The notes beneath the pieces were generated by a model that saw nothing but the letters and a program-made list of their open reading frames with translations, searched no databases and had not been told where the DNA came from. The position numbers and the translations under genes were made by a program. A stretch of DNA of 61,957 nucleotides, counting the filler. It is 7 parts of 7 records of this genome, joined end to end, with 100 filler letters (N's around TTAATTAATTAA, not from the genome) between each part and the next. Parts side by side here need not be neighbours in the genome. Positions count along the whole stretch, not along the records: positions 17,446 to 24,354 come from DRR723986_18929; positions 24,455 to 29,535 come from DRR723986_18932; 5 more parts are not named here. The stretch is one strand, 5' to 3'. Every line of letters begins with the position of its first letter. Positions within the stretch are counted from its first letter, which is position 1. Below, one piece after another: positions 18,103-28,860 of this stretch.

Positions 18103-21100
18103 TTTAAGCCCTCCAGTTGAGCAGCCGGAGTATCCAGCCAATCGACATTGTTCATCTTCCGGAGAATGATGAATTCGTCGCGATTGGACCCGACCGTGCC
18201 GTAATAATTGAAGCCGTACGAAAGCTGGGCATATCCGCCGATCATATGTGTGGGCTTGAGGATCGCGCGAGTAACAGAGTTGTGGATACCGCCCCGCTTG
18301 CCAGTGATTTCGGATCCCGGCGTGTTCACGATTTTCTCCTGCGCGTGATACATGAAGATGGTACCTTCACGGATCCGCTGGGAGACGACAGCCCGAGCCG
18401 TCAATGCCCCGTTGGCGTTGAAGACCTCGACCCAGTCATTGTCGACGACCCCCGCCCGCTGCGCATCTACTTCCGACACCCACACGACCGGACCGCCGCG
18501 ATTGAGCGTCAGCATGAGGAGGTTGTCGGTATAGGTCGAATGAATGCCCCATTTCTGGTGCGGCGTAATGAAATTGAGCGTGATTTCGGGATTGCCATTT
18601 GGCTTGGCTCCCTTGACATGCAATGTCTTCAGGTCAACCGGCGGTTTGTACACGACCAATGACTCGCCGAACGCTCGCATCCAGTCGTGATCCTGATACA
18701 GCTGCTGGCGGCCCGTTAGCGTACGCCACGGAATCAGCTCGTGGACGTTGGTGTATCCCGCATTATAGCTGACATGCTCGCTCTCGATGCCGGACCAGAT
18801 CGGCGAAGTGATGATCTTGCGCGGTTGCGCGACGATATCACGAAAGCGGATTTTTTCGTCTTCCTTTGGACGGGCAAGATGGGTGTGTTCACGCCCGGTT
18901 TGAAGTTGCAGCGCCTCCCAGGCCTTGACGGCGACCTCACCATTGGTCTCCGGCGCCAACATGAGGATCGTTTCACACGCATCGATATCGGTTTCGATTT
19001 TCGGGCGGCCTTTTGCCGCTGTCTCATCGAGCACTTTCCCATTCAGCGAAGCGAGCTTCTCTACCTCGTGCCTGGTCTTCCATCCCAGCCCTTTGCCGCC
19101 ATTACCGAGCGTGTCCATGAGCGGACCGAGCGAGGTGAATTTCGCATAAACCTGGGAATAATCGCGCGTGACCGGTACAACGGTCGGCATGGTCTTGCCG
19201 GGCACCGGGTCACACTCGTCCTTGTACCAGTCCTTCACGCCATGCGTCTGTGCCATTTCTCCAGCGCTGTCATGCTGGATGGGGCTGAGAACAACATCCG
19301 TTTCCACACCCAGCACTTCAGGGGCGACTTCAGAGAATGTTTTCGCAATGCCCTTGAAAATGTCCCAATCCGTGCGGCTCTCCCAGGCCGGATCCACCGC
19401 AGCCCCCAATGGATGGATAAAGGGGTGCATATCGGACGTGTTGAGATCATTCTTCTCGTACCAGGTCGCGGTCGGCAACACGATATCGGAGTAAACTGCC
19501 GTCGTGGACATGCGGAAATCGATGCAGACGAGCAGGTCAAGCTTTCCCCTTGGCGCTTCGTCACGCCAGGTCACATCCCGCGGCTTGTCCTGGCCCATTT
19601 CACCGAGGTCCTTGCCTTGGACGCCATGGTCCGTTCCCAGCAGGTGTTTCAGGAAGTATTCGTGCCCCTTGCCGGAAGACCCGAGCAGGTTGGAGCGCCA
19701 GACAAACATGTTGCGAGGCCAATTGTGGGGATCGTCCGGGTCCATGCAGGACATTTCCAGCTCACCGGATTTCAGCGCCTGAGCGACATAATCCTTGGCG
19801 TCCAGGCCTGCAGCATCAGCCTGTTTCGCAACGTTTAGCGGATTTGTCTTCAGCGCAGGGGCCGAAGGAAGCCACCCCATGCGCTCAGCCTTCGCGTTAT
19901 AGTCGATGAAACTTCCGGCCCAGTCTCCTGCTTCGGCCGTCGGCGACAAAATTTCGTCCACTGGGACAGTTTCGTAACGCCACTGATCGGTATGAGCATA
20001 GAAGAAGGACGTCGAATTTTGCTGTCGCGGCGGCCGGACCCAGTCTGTTGCAAATGCCAGAGGCGCCCATCCGGTCTGGGGGCGAAGCTTTTCCTGCCCG
20101 ACATAATGTGACCAACCGCCACCGGATTGCCCGATGCAGCCGCAAAGGATGAGCATATTCATCACGGCACGGTAGTTCATGTCCATATGATACCAGTGGT
20201 TCATACCGGCACCGATGATCACCATGGATTTGCCATTCGTCTTCTCGGCATTGGTGGCAAACCCCCGTGCCGTTGCGATGATATTTTCACGGGGGACCGA
20301 GGTGATCGCTTCTGCCCAGGCCGGCGTGTACGGCGTCATGTCATCATAGGAACCGGCAAGGTGTTCTCCGCCATACCCCTGATCAACGCCATAGTTTGCC
20401 ATGAGCAGGTCATAGACACAGGCAACCAGCGTTTCAGTCCCGTCCGCCAGTTTCATTTTTCTGACCGGGACATTCCGGATGAGCACATCCGGATGATCGG
20501 TGGAAGCAAAGCCGTTGGAGGCCGTATTGGCAAAATAAGGGAAGCGAACCCTTGCCACCTCGTCTTCGGCGCCTTTCAGGCCAAGGCGGAGTTTCGTGTC
20601 GGCACCGCCGCTCTCCTTTTCCTCCAGATTCCACTTGCCCTTGTCACCCCACCGGAAGCCAATGGAGCCATTCGGCACCACGACCTTGCCGGTCGTCTCG
20701 TCAATCCCGACCGTCTTCCAGTCGGGATTGGCATCTTCGCCGAGGGATCTGTCGAAGTCGGAGGCACGAAGCAGGCGTTCCGGCACGTGTCCGTCTTCCT
20801 GCGGTACCAAACGAACCAGCAGCGGAAGATCTGTGTACTGGCGCACATAGTCGCGAAAATACGGCACTTCCCTGTCGCGGTGATACTCGGTCAGAATGAC
20901 ATGGCCAAAGGCCATGCCGAGGGCAGCGTCCGTGCCCTGCTTGGCGGCAAGCCAGAGGTCGGAGAATTTCGAGGCTTCCGAATAATCCGGACAGATCACG
21001 ACAGACTTGACGCCCTTGTAGCGCGCCTCGGTGTAGAAGTGTGCATCGGGTGTGCGAGTCTGGGGAACGTTGGACCCCCAGAGGATCAGGAAGTTGGAAT

Positions 21101-21833
21101 TGTACCAGTCGGCACTCTCTGCAACGTCGGTTTGCTCTCCCCATGTCTGCGGGCTGGCGGGTGGCAGGTCGCAATACCAGTCATAGAACGAGCCCGTCAC
21201 GCCACCGATGAGCTGCAGGTAACGCGCACCGGCGGCGTAGGACACCATCGACATGGCAGGGATCGGCGAGAACCCGAACACGCGGTCCGGCCCCCATTGT
21301 TTAACCGTATGCGCGTTGGCTGCAGCGATGATCTCATTGACTTCTTCCCAATTCGCCCGGACGAAGCCACCCATGCCGCGTTTGGATGTATAGTCTTCCC
21401 GTTTGGCCGGATCATCCTGTATGGATTTCCACGCGGCAACAGGCGTCAGGGTCTTGCGGGCCATACGCCAGGATTTCAACAGGCGAGCCCGGATCAACGG
21501 ATATTTCACGCGGTTGGCCGAATAGAGATACCAGCTATAGCTCGCCCCCCGCGCGCATCCACGCGGTTCGTGGTTGGGAAGATCGTCGCGGGTTCTCGGA
21601 TAGTCTGTCTGCTGTGTTTCCCAGGTGACAATCCCGCCTTTAACGTAGATTTTCCAGGAGCACGAGCCTGTACAGTTCACACCATGGGTTGAGCGCACGA
21701 TCTTGTCGTGCCGCCACCGGTTCCTGTACGCCTCCTCCCAAGTCCGGTCCTCATCATTGAGCACCCCATGCTTGTCGGAGAACGTCTCTGTTTGACGCCG
21801 GAAGAAGGTCAATCTGTCGAGTGTATGGCTCAT
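18099..21833 (-). CDS. narG: Respiratory nitrate reductase alpha subunit
   Basis: STHGVNCTGSCSW (FS0 cluster), SFYDWYCDLPP and TPHQKWGIHSTY. 1244 aa. Confidence 0.98.
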   Translation of the reverse strand: MSHTLDRLTFFRRQTETFSDKHGVLNDEDRTWEEAYRNRWRHDKIVRSTHGVNCTGSCSWKIYVKGGIVTWETQQTDYPRTRDDLPNHEPRGCARGASYSWYLYSANRVKYPLIRARLLKSWRMARKTLTPVAAWKSIQDDPAKREDYTSKRGMGGFVRANWEEVNEIIAAANAHTVKQWGPDRVFGFSPIPAMSMVSYAAGARYLQLIGGVTGSFYDWYCDLPPASPQTWGEQTDVAESADWYNSNFLILWGSNVPQTRTPDAHFYTEARYKGVKSVVICPDYSEASKFSDLWLAAKQGTDAALGMAFGHVILTEYHRDREVPYFRDYVRQYTDLPLLVRLVPQEDGHVPERLLRASDFDRSLGEDANPDWKTVGIDETTGKVVVPNGSIGFRWGDKGKWNLEEKESGGADTKLRLGLKGAEDEVARVRFPYFANTASNGFASTDHPDVLIRNVPVRKMKLADGTETLVACVYDLLMANYGVDQGYGGEHLAGSYDDMTPYTPAWAEAITSVPRENIIATARGFATNAEKTNGKSMVIIGAGMNHWYHMDMNYRAVMNMLILCGCIGQSGGGWSHYVGQEKLRPQTGWAPLAFATDWVRPPRQQNSTSFFYAHTDQWRYETVPVDEILSPTAEAGDWAGSFIDYNAKAERMGWLPSAPALKTNPLNVAKQADAAGLDAKDYVAQALKSGELEMSCMDPDDPHNWPRNMFVWRSNLLGSSGKGHEYFLKHLLGTDHGVQGKDLGEMGQDKPRDVTWRDEAPRGKLDLLVCIDFRMSTTAVYSDIVLPTATWYEKNDLNTSDMHPFIHPLGAAVDPAWESRTDWDIFKGIAKTFSEVAPEVLGVETDVVLSPIQHDSAGEMAQTHGVKDWYKDECDPVPGKTMPTVVPVTRDYSQVYAKFTSLGPLMDTLGNGGKGLGWKTRHEVEKLASLNGKVLDETAAKGRPKIETDIDACETILMLAPETNGEVAVKAWEALQLQTGREHTHLARPKEDEKIRFRDIVAQPRKIITSPIWSGIESEHVSYNAGYTNVHELIPWRTLTGRQQLYQDHDWMRAFGESLVVYKPPVDLKTLHVKGAKPNGNPEITLNFITPHQKWGIHSTYTDNLLMLTLNRGGPVVWVSEVDAQRAGVVDNDWVEVFNANGALTARAVVSQRIREGTIFMYHAQEKIVNTPGSEITGKRGGIHNSVTRAILKPTHMIGGYAQLSYGFNYYGTVGSNRDEFIILRKMNNVDWLDTPAAQLEGLK

Positions 21834-21845
21834 GGGACAATCCTT

Positions 21846-24354
21846 TTAGGCTGCAGCAGTCGCAGGGTCGGTTCGCTTGCGGTTCTCGATATCAAAGAGA
21901 AGACCGCCAGGCCGCGCATAGACAAACCAGGTTATGAGGAGGCAGGAGACATAGAAGGCAAGGAAACCATAGAGAGCCGGAGCGGCACTCCCCGAAGCCG
22001 CGAGCGACATGCCAAAACTTTTCGGAATGAAGAACGCTCCGTAGGCCGCGATCGCACTTGTAAATCCGGTAATCGCCGCGCTCTCCTTTTCGGACTGGCG
22101 CAGACGGTCAGGTGCGCTCATCTGCGGTTCCAACCGGCCGATTTCCTTGCGCATGATGGCAGGGATCATCTGGAAGGTGGAAGCATTGCCGACGCCGGTT
22201 GCGAAGAACAGGACGATGAAGGAGATGAAGAATCCAGCGAACGCCCCCGGTGCTTCCTTGGCTGCGAGGAAGTAGAGCACTCCGCCTGTGCCAATCATCA
22301 TCAGGAGGAATACTGCCAGCGTCACGCGGGCGCCGCCAAACCGGTCTGCGATCCAGCCGGTAAAGGACCGGGACAGTGCGCCGACCAGTGGCCCGAGGAA
22401 GGCAATCTGAAGTACGTTCACATCCGGGAACTGTGTCCTGGTCAGCAGCGGGAAAGCCGCTGAGAAACCGATGAACGATCCGAATGTCCCCGTATAGAGC
22501 CAGCACATGATCCAGTTGTGCTTGCGTTTGAAGATGATCGCCTGATCGGAGAAGGATGCTTTTGCACTCGACAGATCATTCATTCCGAACCATGCAGCAA
22601 ACGCACTTGCAATGATGAACGGGACCCAGATGAAGCCGGCATTCTGAAGGAAGAGCTCCTCTCCCTGCCCGGTCAGCTGAGGCTGGCCGCCCAGAAAACC
22701 GAACACACCGAACGTAATGACCAGCGGCACGATGAACTGCATTGCACTGACACCAAGATTTCCAAGTCCGGCATTCATGGCCAGCGCATTACCCTTCTCA
22801 CGTTTCGGATAGAAGAACCCGATATTGGACATGGACGATGCGAAGTTCCCGCCCCCGAAGCCGCAGAGCAATGCCAGGGCGAGCATGATCCAATAAGGCG
22901 TTTCGGGGTTCTGCACCGCAAAGCCGATTCCGAGCGCCGGCAACAACAGCGACCAGGTGGTCAGCGTGGTCCACAGCCGCCCGCCGAAGACAGGCACCAT
23001 GAAACTGTAGAATATGCGCAGCGTAGCGCCTGACAGACCTGGCAGGGCCGCCAACCAGAAGAGCTCGTCAGTTGAATAATCAAACCCGATCTGCGGAAGC
23101 TTGGCGACAACCACCGACCAGACCATCCAGACGGCGAAAGACAGAAGCAGCGCCGGAATGGAGAGCCAGAGATTGCGGCTCGCGATCTTCTTGCCGGTCG
23201 CCTCCCAGAACTCCGGGTCTTCCGGGCGCCAGTCCTGGATCAGCTTCGGCGCAAGTGCTCGCGCTTCCCGCTCGCCATGAATGGGTCTCATCTCCGGTAA
23301 TTGCGGCAGCGCGTCGAGTTTCTCGCCAACCGCTTCACGTTCCATATGACGGATGGCGAGGTGCATCCAGATCAGAGAGGCTGAGACGATCAGGAACAAA
23401 AGCATGAAGCAGCTCGTCCAGATCCCGGTCAGGTCGTTCAGCAATCCGAACATTATGGGCAGAATGAAGCCGCCAAGTCCGCCCATCAGGCCGACAAGAC
23501 CACCAACCGCTCCCACATCCTTCGGATAATAGACAGGGATATGCTTGTAGACGGCGGCTTTGCCAAGGCTCATGAAAAAGCCCAGAACGAAAATCGCAAT
23601 GACGAAAGTGACCGGTCCGGTGGCGAGGCGGAAGCTGATTGGCCCCCTGACACCGTCGACAACATAGGAGGTTGGCGGATAGGCCAGGAAGAAGGTGACT
23701 GCGACCGCGACCAGAAATGTCCAGTACATGACAGTGCGCGCGCCAACCCGGTCAGACAGTTGCCCTCCATAGATGCGGAAGACCGAAGCCGGGATTGAAT
23801 AGGCGGCGGCCAGCATGCCCGCGGTCTTTACATCAAAACCGTACACACCGATGAGGTAACGCGGCAGCCAGAGTGCCAGAGCGACAAACGCGCCGAATAC
23901 GAAGAAATAATAGAGCGAAAAGCGCCAGACCTGCACATTGCGCAGCGGCTCGAACTGAGAGGCAAAACTGCGCGGCTTCACGCCGCTGCGCCGGCGTTCA
24001 GCGAGTTCCGGATCGTCCGAAGTCAGAAAGAAGAAAACGAGCGCAACAACGACCAAGGCGATGGCCCAGACATTGGCGACGCCTTGCCACCCAAGGGAAG
24101 CCATAACGATGGGAGCAGCAAATTTTGTCACCGCCGCGCCGACATTACCTGCCCCGACTATGCCAAGCGCCGAACCCTGCTTCTCCGGTGGGAAGAATTT
24201 CGAAACATAGGTTATAGAGACCGAAAATGACCCGCCCGCAATTCCGATGCCGAGCGCAGCAACAAGGAACTGAGGATAGGTCGTCGCAAAGGTCAGAAGC
24301 CATGTCGCCAATGCCGACAACAACATGACCGCAAGATTGACGATACGCCCCCCA
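21846..24354 (-). CDS. narK: Fused NarK1-NarK2 nitrate/nitrite MFS transporter, 5'-truncated
   Basis: Two MFS domains in one ORF of more than 826 aa (GGSFSV...GNVGAA; CGFGGGNFASSM...GNLG; GVGNASTFQMIP) joined by a linker ending DWRPEDPEFW. Confidence 0.92.
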
Positions 24355-24454
24355 NNNNNNNNNNNNNNNNNNNNNNNNNNNNNNNNNNNNNNNNNNNNTT
24401 AATTAATTAANNNNNNNNNNNNNNNNNNNNNNNNNNNNNNNNNNNNNNNNNNNN
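24355..24454. other. Artificial contig spacer
   Basis: N-run + TTAATTAATTAA + N-run. Confidence 0.98.
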
Positions 24455-24558
24455 TGTGCGGCACCTTTGATGTGCGTGACGCCGCGTTGCACCAGCTCCC
24501 GTGCGGCGGCAATGCCGGCAGCGCCCGCACCGACCACAATCACGTCAAACTCTTGCAT
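24455..24558 (-). CDS. First exon of an FAD-dependent oxidoreductase (amine-oxidase-like), truncated
   Basis: MQEFDVIVVGAGAAGIAAAREL Rossmann GxGxxG motif, then a probable donor site AAAG|GTGCCG. Confidence 0.65.
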
Positions 24559-24705
24559 CGCCCACGCAAACAGAGAGCCAAGCTGAAGCACAACGAAGAT
24601 GCGTGGCGCAGAACAAAAAGAGCAGCATCAGCAACAACACGTGAATGGTCGAAACTTCTGGCGCCAAACCCGCAAACCCTCCTCCACAAGCACGCAAAAA
24701 GTCAA

Positions 24706-26053
24706 ATGCGCGCCGCCACCGCGTCCAGCTCGCTCCGCACCGTGGCCAGCCCCGCACAGCCCGAGGCGGTGAACGAGCACGAGGTGCAGGGCGAGAAGGG
24801 TGTTGTTGGAGACGAACCGCCGCACAAGCGCCGCAAGACGGGCGAGGCACCAGAGCTCACGCCCGAGCAGAAGGCGTTGATCGCGCGCAAGCGGGCCGAG
24901 GCGCTCGCAAAGCTGGAGGCGCGCAAGCAACAGCGCCAGAGTGCCGCTTCCGTCGTCGCCAAGCCCTGTCGCCCGGCGGCTGCGCCAGCGGTGGGTTGGG
25001 GGGCGCGTCGTGCCCCGCTGTCGGTGGACGAGCTTGGTGGTGGGTGGGCCAAGGTGCTGGCGGGCGAGAGCGGCAAGCCGTACTGGGACAGGATCAACGC
25101 ATTGATCCTTCGCGAACTCAGCAGGTGCTGCGCCTTGCAGGAGAACCCTGCTGCTGTGCGTGCGTGCGTGCGCGTGTGTGAATCAAGTCCTGTGCGTTGT
25201 GCAGTGGCAACACCATTTTCCCTCGTCGCGAGGACGTGTTTGCCTGCTTCAACCTTTGCCCGTTCGACAGCCTCAGGGTGGTGATCGTGGGCCAAGACCC
25301 GTACCATGGTGACCCGCGGGCGTTGCGTGTTGCGCGTTCTTGATCATCTCACACACGCACGCCCCCACACGCCCACACGCCCACACAGGCCCAAACCAAG
25401 CCGAGGGCCTTTCGTTCTCTGTGCGCCGTGGAGTGCCGACCCCGCCCAGTCTGGTCAACATCATCAAGGAGGCCAAGTCGTGTGTGGGAATCCAGCAGCC
25501 CCGCCACGGCTCGCTTGTGCACTGGGCCAAGCAAGGCGTGCTGCTGCTCAACTCGGTGCTAACCGTGCGAAAGTGGGGGTTTGCGCTTTCCCAATGCGCC
25601 TCAAGGCAGGGGAGGGGAAGGCATTTTGCGGGCGTGCGCTCAACCGTTTTGCCCATTGCTGTTGTTTGTGCTGCGACAGGCGCGAGGCCGCTTCTCACCA
25701 AAACAACGGTTGGGAGGAGTTCACGGACGCCGTGATTCGAGCCGTGAACACGTGAGCGGTTGGCCCTTCTCCCTCTGATTGTTCGCTGCGACCAACCTTT
25801 CGCAATTCCCCGTCGTCGCAGCGAGTGCACGGGCGTTGTGTTCCTGCTTTGGGGCAAGCCCGCACAACAAAAGGGCGCCCACATCTCGCGCGACAAGCAC
25901 GTGGTGATCACGAGCTCGCACCCGTCGCCGTACTCGGCTGACAAGACGTCGCAGCCGTTTCTCGGCAGCAGGTGCTTCAAGCGCGCGAACGACGCCCTGG
26001 AGAAGCGCGCGTTGCGTCCCGTGGATTGGAACCTGGACCCTGTGGCGTTGTGA
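24706..26053 (+). CDS. UNG: Eukaryotic family-1 uracil-DNA glycosylase, 5 exons
   Basis: Exons 24706-25124, 25205-25308, 25389-25572, 25680-25751 and 25822-26053 (1011 nt, 336 aa). GT-AG introns of 80, 80, 107 and 70 nt. Splicing restores [51 protein letters not shown] and HPSPYS. Confidence 0.92.
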
Positions 26054-26157
26054 CTTTCTCCCTCAACAACACGACACAACGACAGCAAGAGTCGGCAAAA
26101 GTGTGTGCGATCGTGTTGCGCAAACAAAACAATAAAATTCAAGTAAATCCGAGTTCC

Positions 26158-27078
26158 TCAAACGCTTCCCTTTGCCAAGAGGGGCGCCGCGGTGCCGCCC
26201 GACAATGCCAAGAACGGGTGAGCCTTGACCTGGGCGATTGTCGGGCGCTCGGCGGGGTGCTCGGCGAGCAAGGCGCACAACAGGTCACGCGCCTCCGCGG
26301 ACACGCCCGTTGGCAACGCAAAGTTGGCGGCGAGGACGGAGCGCGAGAGTTGCGCGTCCGTGGCGCCGTCGAAGGGCAGGCGGGCGGTCAGCATGGCGTA
26401 CAGCACCACGCCGCACCCCCACACGTCGCACTTGCGAGGGTCGTAAAGCGACGTGTCGGAGGCGAACAGCTCGGGGGCCATGTAGTGCGGCGTGCCGCAG
26501 CGCCGCGAGCACGCCATGGAGCGCGTGGCAAAGCCAAAGTCGGCCAACACCAGCCGCCCGTCGTCGGCCACGAGGCAGTTGTCCGTCTTGATGTCGCGGT
26601 GCGCCACGCCGTTGGCGTGCAGGTGGTGCACAGCGCTGACAAGGTCCGCAAACAAGCGACGCGCAAGGCTTTCGCCAAGCGCCGCGTTTCCGCTGCCGTT
26701 TGCCTTCCACTCGCGCGTCACCAGGTCCAGCAGGTCGCCCTTGGAGCACAGCTCCTGCACGAGGTACAGGTGGTGCGGGGAGGCCGCCACGAACGCCACG
26801 TCCACCACGTTGGGGTGCGGCGGCAGAGAACGCAGCACGCGCGGCTCGTCAAAGGGGGACGGGCTGTCCAGCTGCGACGGGTCCCGCGGCTTTGGCTTTG
26901 CGTTGGCCGGCCGGGCGTTGTCGTGCTTGATCACCTTGACCGCGATGGGCTGCTTGGACTGCAGGTCCACCCCGCGCCACACCTGCGCCGCCGCCCCACT
27001 GCCAATCGTGCACACCAACTGGAAGCGGCCGCCAACGACCCGCTGCTGGTTGGTCACGCTGCTTCTCCGGTGAGTCAT
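26158..27078 (-). CDS. Eukaryotic Ser/Thr protein kinase, CAMK/SNF1-like
   Basis: IGSGAAAQV, AVKVI, HRDIKTDN, DFG, CGTPHYMAPE and DVWGCGV. Appears intronless from ATG 27078. Confidence 0.9.
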   Translation of the reverse strand: MTHRRSSVTNQQRVVGGRFQLVCTIGSGAAAQVWRGVDLQSKQPIAVKVIKHDNARPANAKPKPRDPSQLDSPSPFDEPRVLRSLPPHPNVVDVAFVAASPHHLYLVQELCSKGDLLDLVTREWKANGSGNAALGESLARRLFADLVSAVHHLHANGVAHRDIKTDNCLVADDGRLVLADFGFATRSMACSRRCGTPHYMAPELFASDTSLYDPRKCDVWGCGVVLYAMLTARLPFDGATDAQLSRSVLAANFALPTGVSAEARDLLCALLAEHPAERPTIAQVKAHPFLALSGGTAAPLLAKGSV

Positions 27079-27247
27079 CGTTGTGTTGTCTTGTTTGTGT
27101 GTGTTGGGTTGGCGCCAATTTGAAGGTCGAAGATTCCAAACGAACTTTCCACGAAACTGCGTCGACTGTTCCTGAATACCGCGAACGCACGCAAGGAAAA
27201 ACGAACGCAAAGTATTGCGTGCACGTCTTCTTTCTTTCCTTCCTCCC

Positions 27248-28600
27248 TCACTGCAGCAAAGACACGCGCACGACCACGCAGCCGTTGTTTGCCCACTCGC
27301 CACTTTGCGCCTCCTGTGCGCTCAAGAACTCTTGCCACCCCAACAACGACCCGCCTTGTTCCCAACTGCTGCCCTGCTGCCCAACCGGCACGCTCGCCAC
27401 CCGGTGCCTTCCCGTCGCGTAGTTCACCACCGTCACGGACACCACGCTGGCGCTGTGCAGCGTGCACGGACCCGCGGCCTGGAGGAACACCCCGAGCCCT
27501 GCGTCGCCAACGCACAGCACCACGCGAAAGGCGAGCTGCTGGTCGCGGCGCTGTGGGTGCTGAAGCTGCAGCACGTCGCTGAAAACATGCTGCCTTGCAG
27601 TCGCCAGCGCGTCCTTCCACACCGCCTTGAACACGAAGCGCTGCGTGCACACCTCCCGCGGACTGCGGGCGTGCTGGGACGGCGGTGTTGCGGCGCGGTG
27701 TTGCGGACCCCTGGCGCGGCTCGCGTCACCGTGCCCCGTGCCCCGCCTATCGGCTGGCTCAACCTTGGCCTGGGGAATGCCAGACGATGCGGCGCGCACT
27801 TGTCGCGACGAATCCGCATCGCCTCGCGCGACACAATCGCTTCGGCGCGCAGCGTCCGCAACAACCCTGAGGGCGTCCAGCTCACCGGCCTGTCGGCGCA
27901 CCGTGTCTTGAAGCCGCCCGACCTGGGCCTTGAGAGCGCCAACGCTGCCCAGGGTCAAGGCAAGGTGGTGCGCCAAGCCCGCACCGCTCTCTCGGTGTTC
28001 GCGCCACGCAACCGAGTTTCCGCGCCTGGCTCGGAACGCGCACCCGTCCACGTCGCACCCGACCTCCACCATCCCGCATTCCTCAAGTCTGTGGCGAGCG
28101 TGGTGGGTCACAGGAACGTCCTGGCCACAGCGCATGCCGCAAGGCTCGAGGCGGTGCGGGCAGGAGGCCAGGTGCGCTCGGAGGTCGCGAGCCGCGCATC
28201 TGGCGCTGCAGCCTTGGTGAGGGCACGGCTCAGATTCCCCTTCTCCTGCCCACGCACGCGGCACCTCCACGCTCGGGCCCGGGGCAAACGCGCAGGCCTG
28301 GCGGTGGGCGGGCAAGCACTCGAGCGCAACGGGCTCGCCGCACCCGCGCGCCTTGTTGGGGCACCACACGCGGAGCTGCCCAATCATGTTGCGCACAAGG
28401 CGCGAGGTGGGGCCCACGTCGGTGATGGGCCGGCGGCAGTCGGGGCACACGCGGGTGGTGGAGAGCACGCGCTGGAGGCAGGCACGGCAGAAGTGGTGGT
28501 CGCAGGACGTGACGACGGGCGAGTCAAGCACGTCCGTGCACACCGAGCACACGAGGTGCTCGTCGGGAGCGTGCACAAACCAGTTGACGTCGATCCCCAT
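27248..28600 (-). CDS. TRAF-like protein: C3HC4 RING + TRAF-type Zn fingers + coiled coil + MATH-like C-terminus
   Basis: MGIDVNWFV...CSVC...CDHHFCRAC...CPDC, then CPNKARGC...H...C, CPHQGC...HLASC and CGMRC...H...C. C-terminus LGVFLQ...GWQEFL...VRVSL. Confidence 0.8.
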   Translation of the reverse strand: MGIDVNWFVHAPDEHLVCSVCTDVLDSPVVTSCDHHFCRACLQRVLSTTRVCPDCRRPITDVGPTSRLVRNMIGQLRVWCPNKARGCGEPVALECLPAHRQACAFAPGPSVEVPRAWAGEGESEPCPHQGCSARCAARDLRAHLASCPHRLEPCGMRCGQDVPVTHHARHRLEECGMVEVGCDVDGCAFRARRGNSVAWREHRESGAGLAHHLALTLGSVGALKAQVGRLQDTVRRQAGELDALRVVADAARRSDCVARGDADSSRQVRAASSGIPQAKVEPADRRGTGHGDASRARGPQHRAATPPSQHARSPREVCTQRFVFKAVWKDALATARQHVFSDVLQLQHPQRRDQQLAFRVVLCVGDAGLGVFLQAAGPCTLHSASVVSVTVVNYATGRHRVASVPVGQQGSSWEQGGSLLGWQEFLSAQEAQSGEWANNGCVVVRVSLLQ

Positions 28601-28860
28601 GTCGGGGAACAAGGAGGCCAGGGCGGCAACCGCGTGCGGGGCGCGTGCTCTGTCAGTTGGCGGGTGAGGAAGAAGAGGAGGAAGGTGGCACACGAAACAG
28701 CACGCGTTTTTTTTGGAAGGTTTCGAAGGGCAAGGCAATCAACCAACCCGCACCTGCCTTGTGTTCAGCCAAACGCACAACAAACCCAACCCAAGCCACG
28801 AGAGGGGACGCAGGCATTACCAACCCAACCACCTGGGATGGTGAGTTGTGAGGGGGGGAA

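Noticed and set aside
5709-24354. Linking the styC/transport cluster to nitrate respiration (anaerobic aromatic degradation)
   Set aside because: The two regions are separate contigs with different base composition and codon style. Their adjacency is artificial.
25150-25390. (GCGT)n/(GT)n and (CACACGCC)n microsatellite-like tracts
   Set aside because: They lie inside UNG introns 1 and 2 and are ordinary low-complexity intron sequence.
24472-26053. UNG as a frameshifted pseudogene or programmed frameshift
   Set aside because: Four canonical GT-AG introns restore one 336-aa frame with all catalytic motifs.
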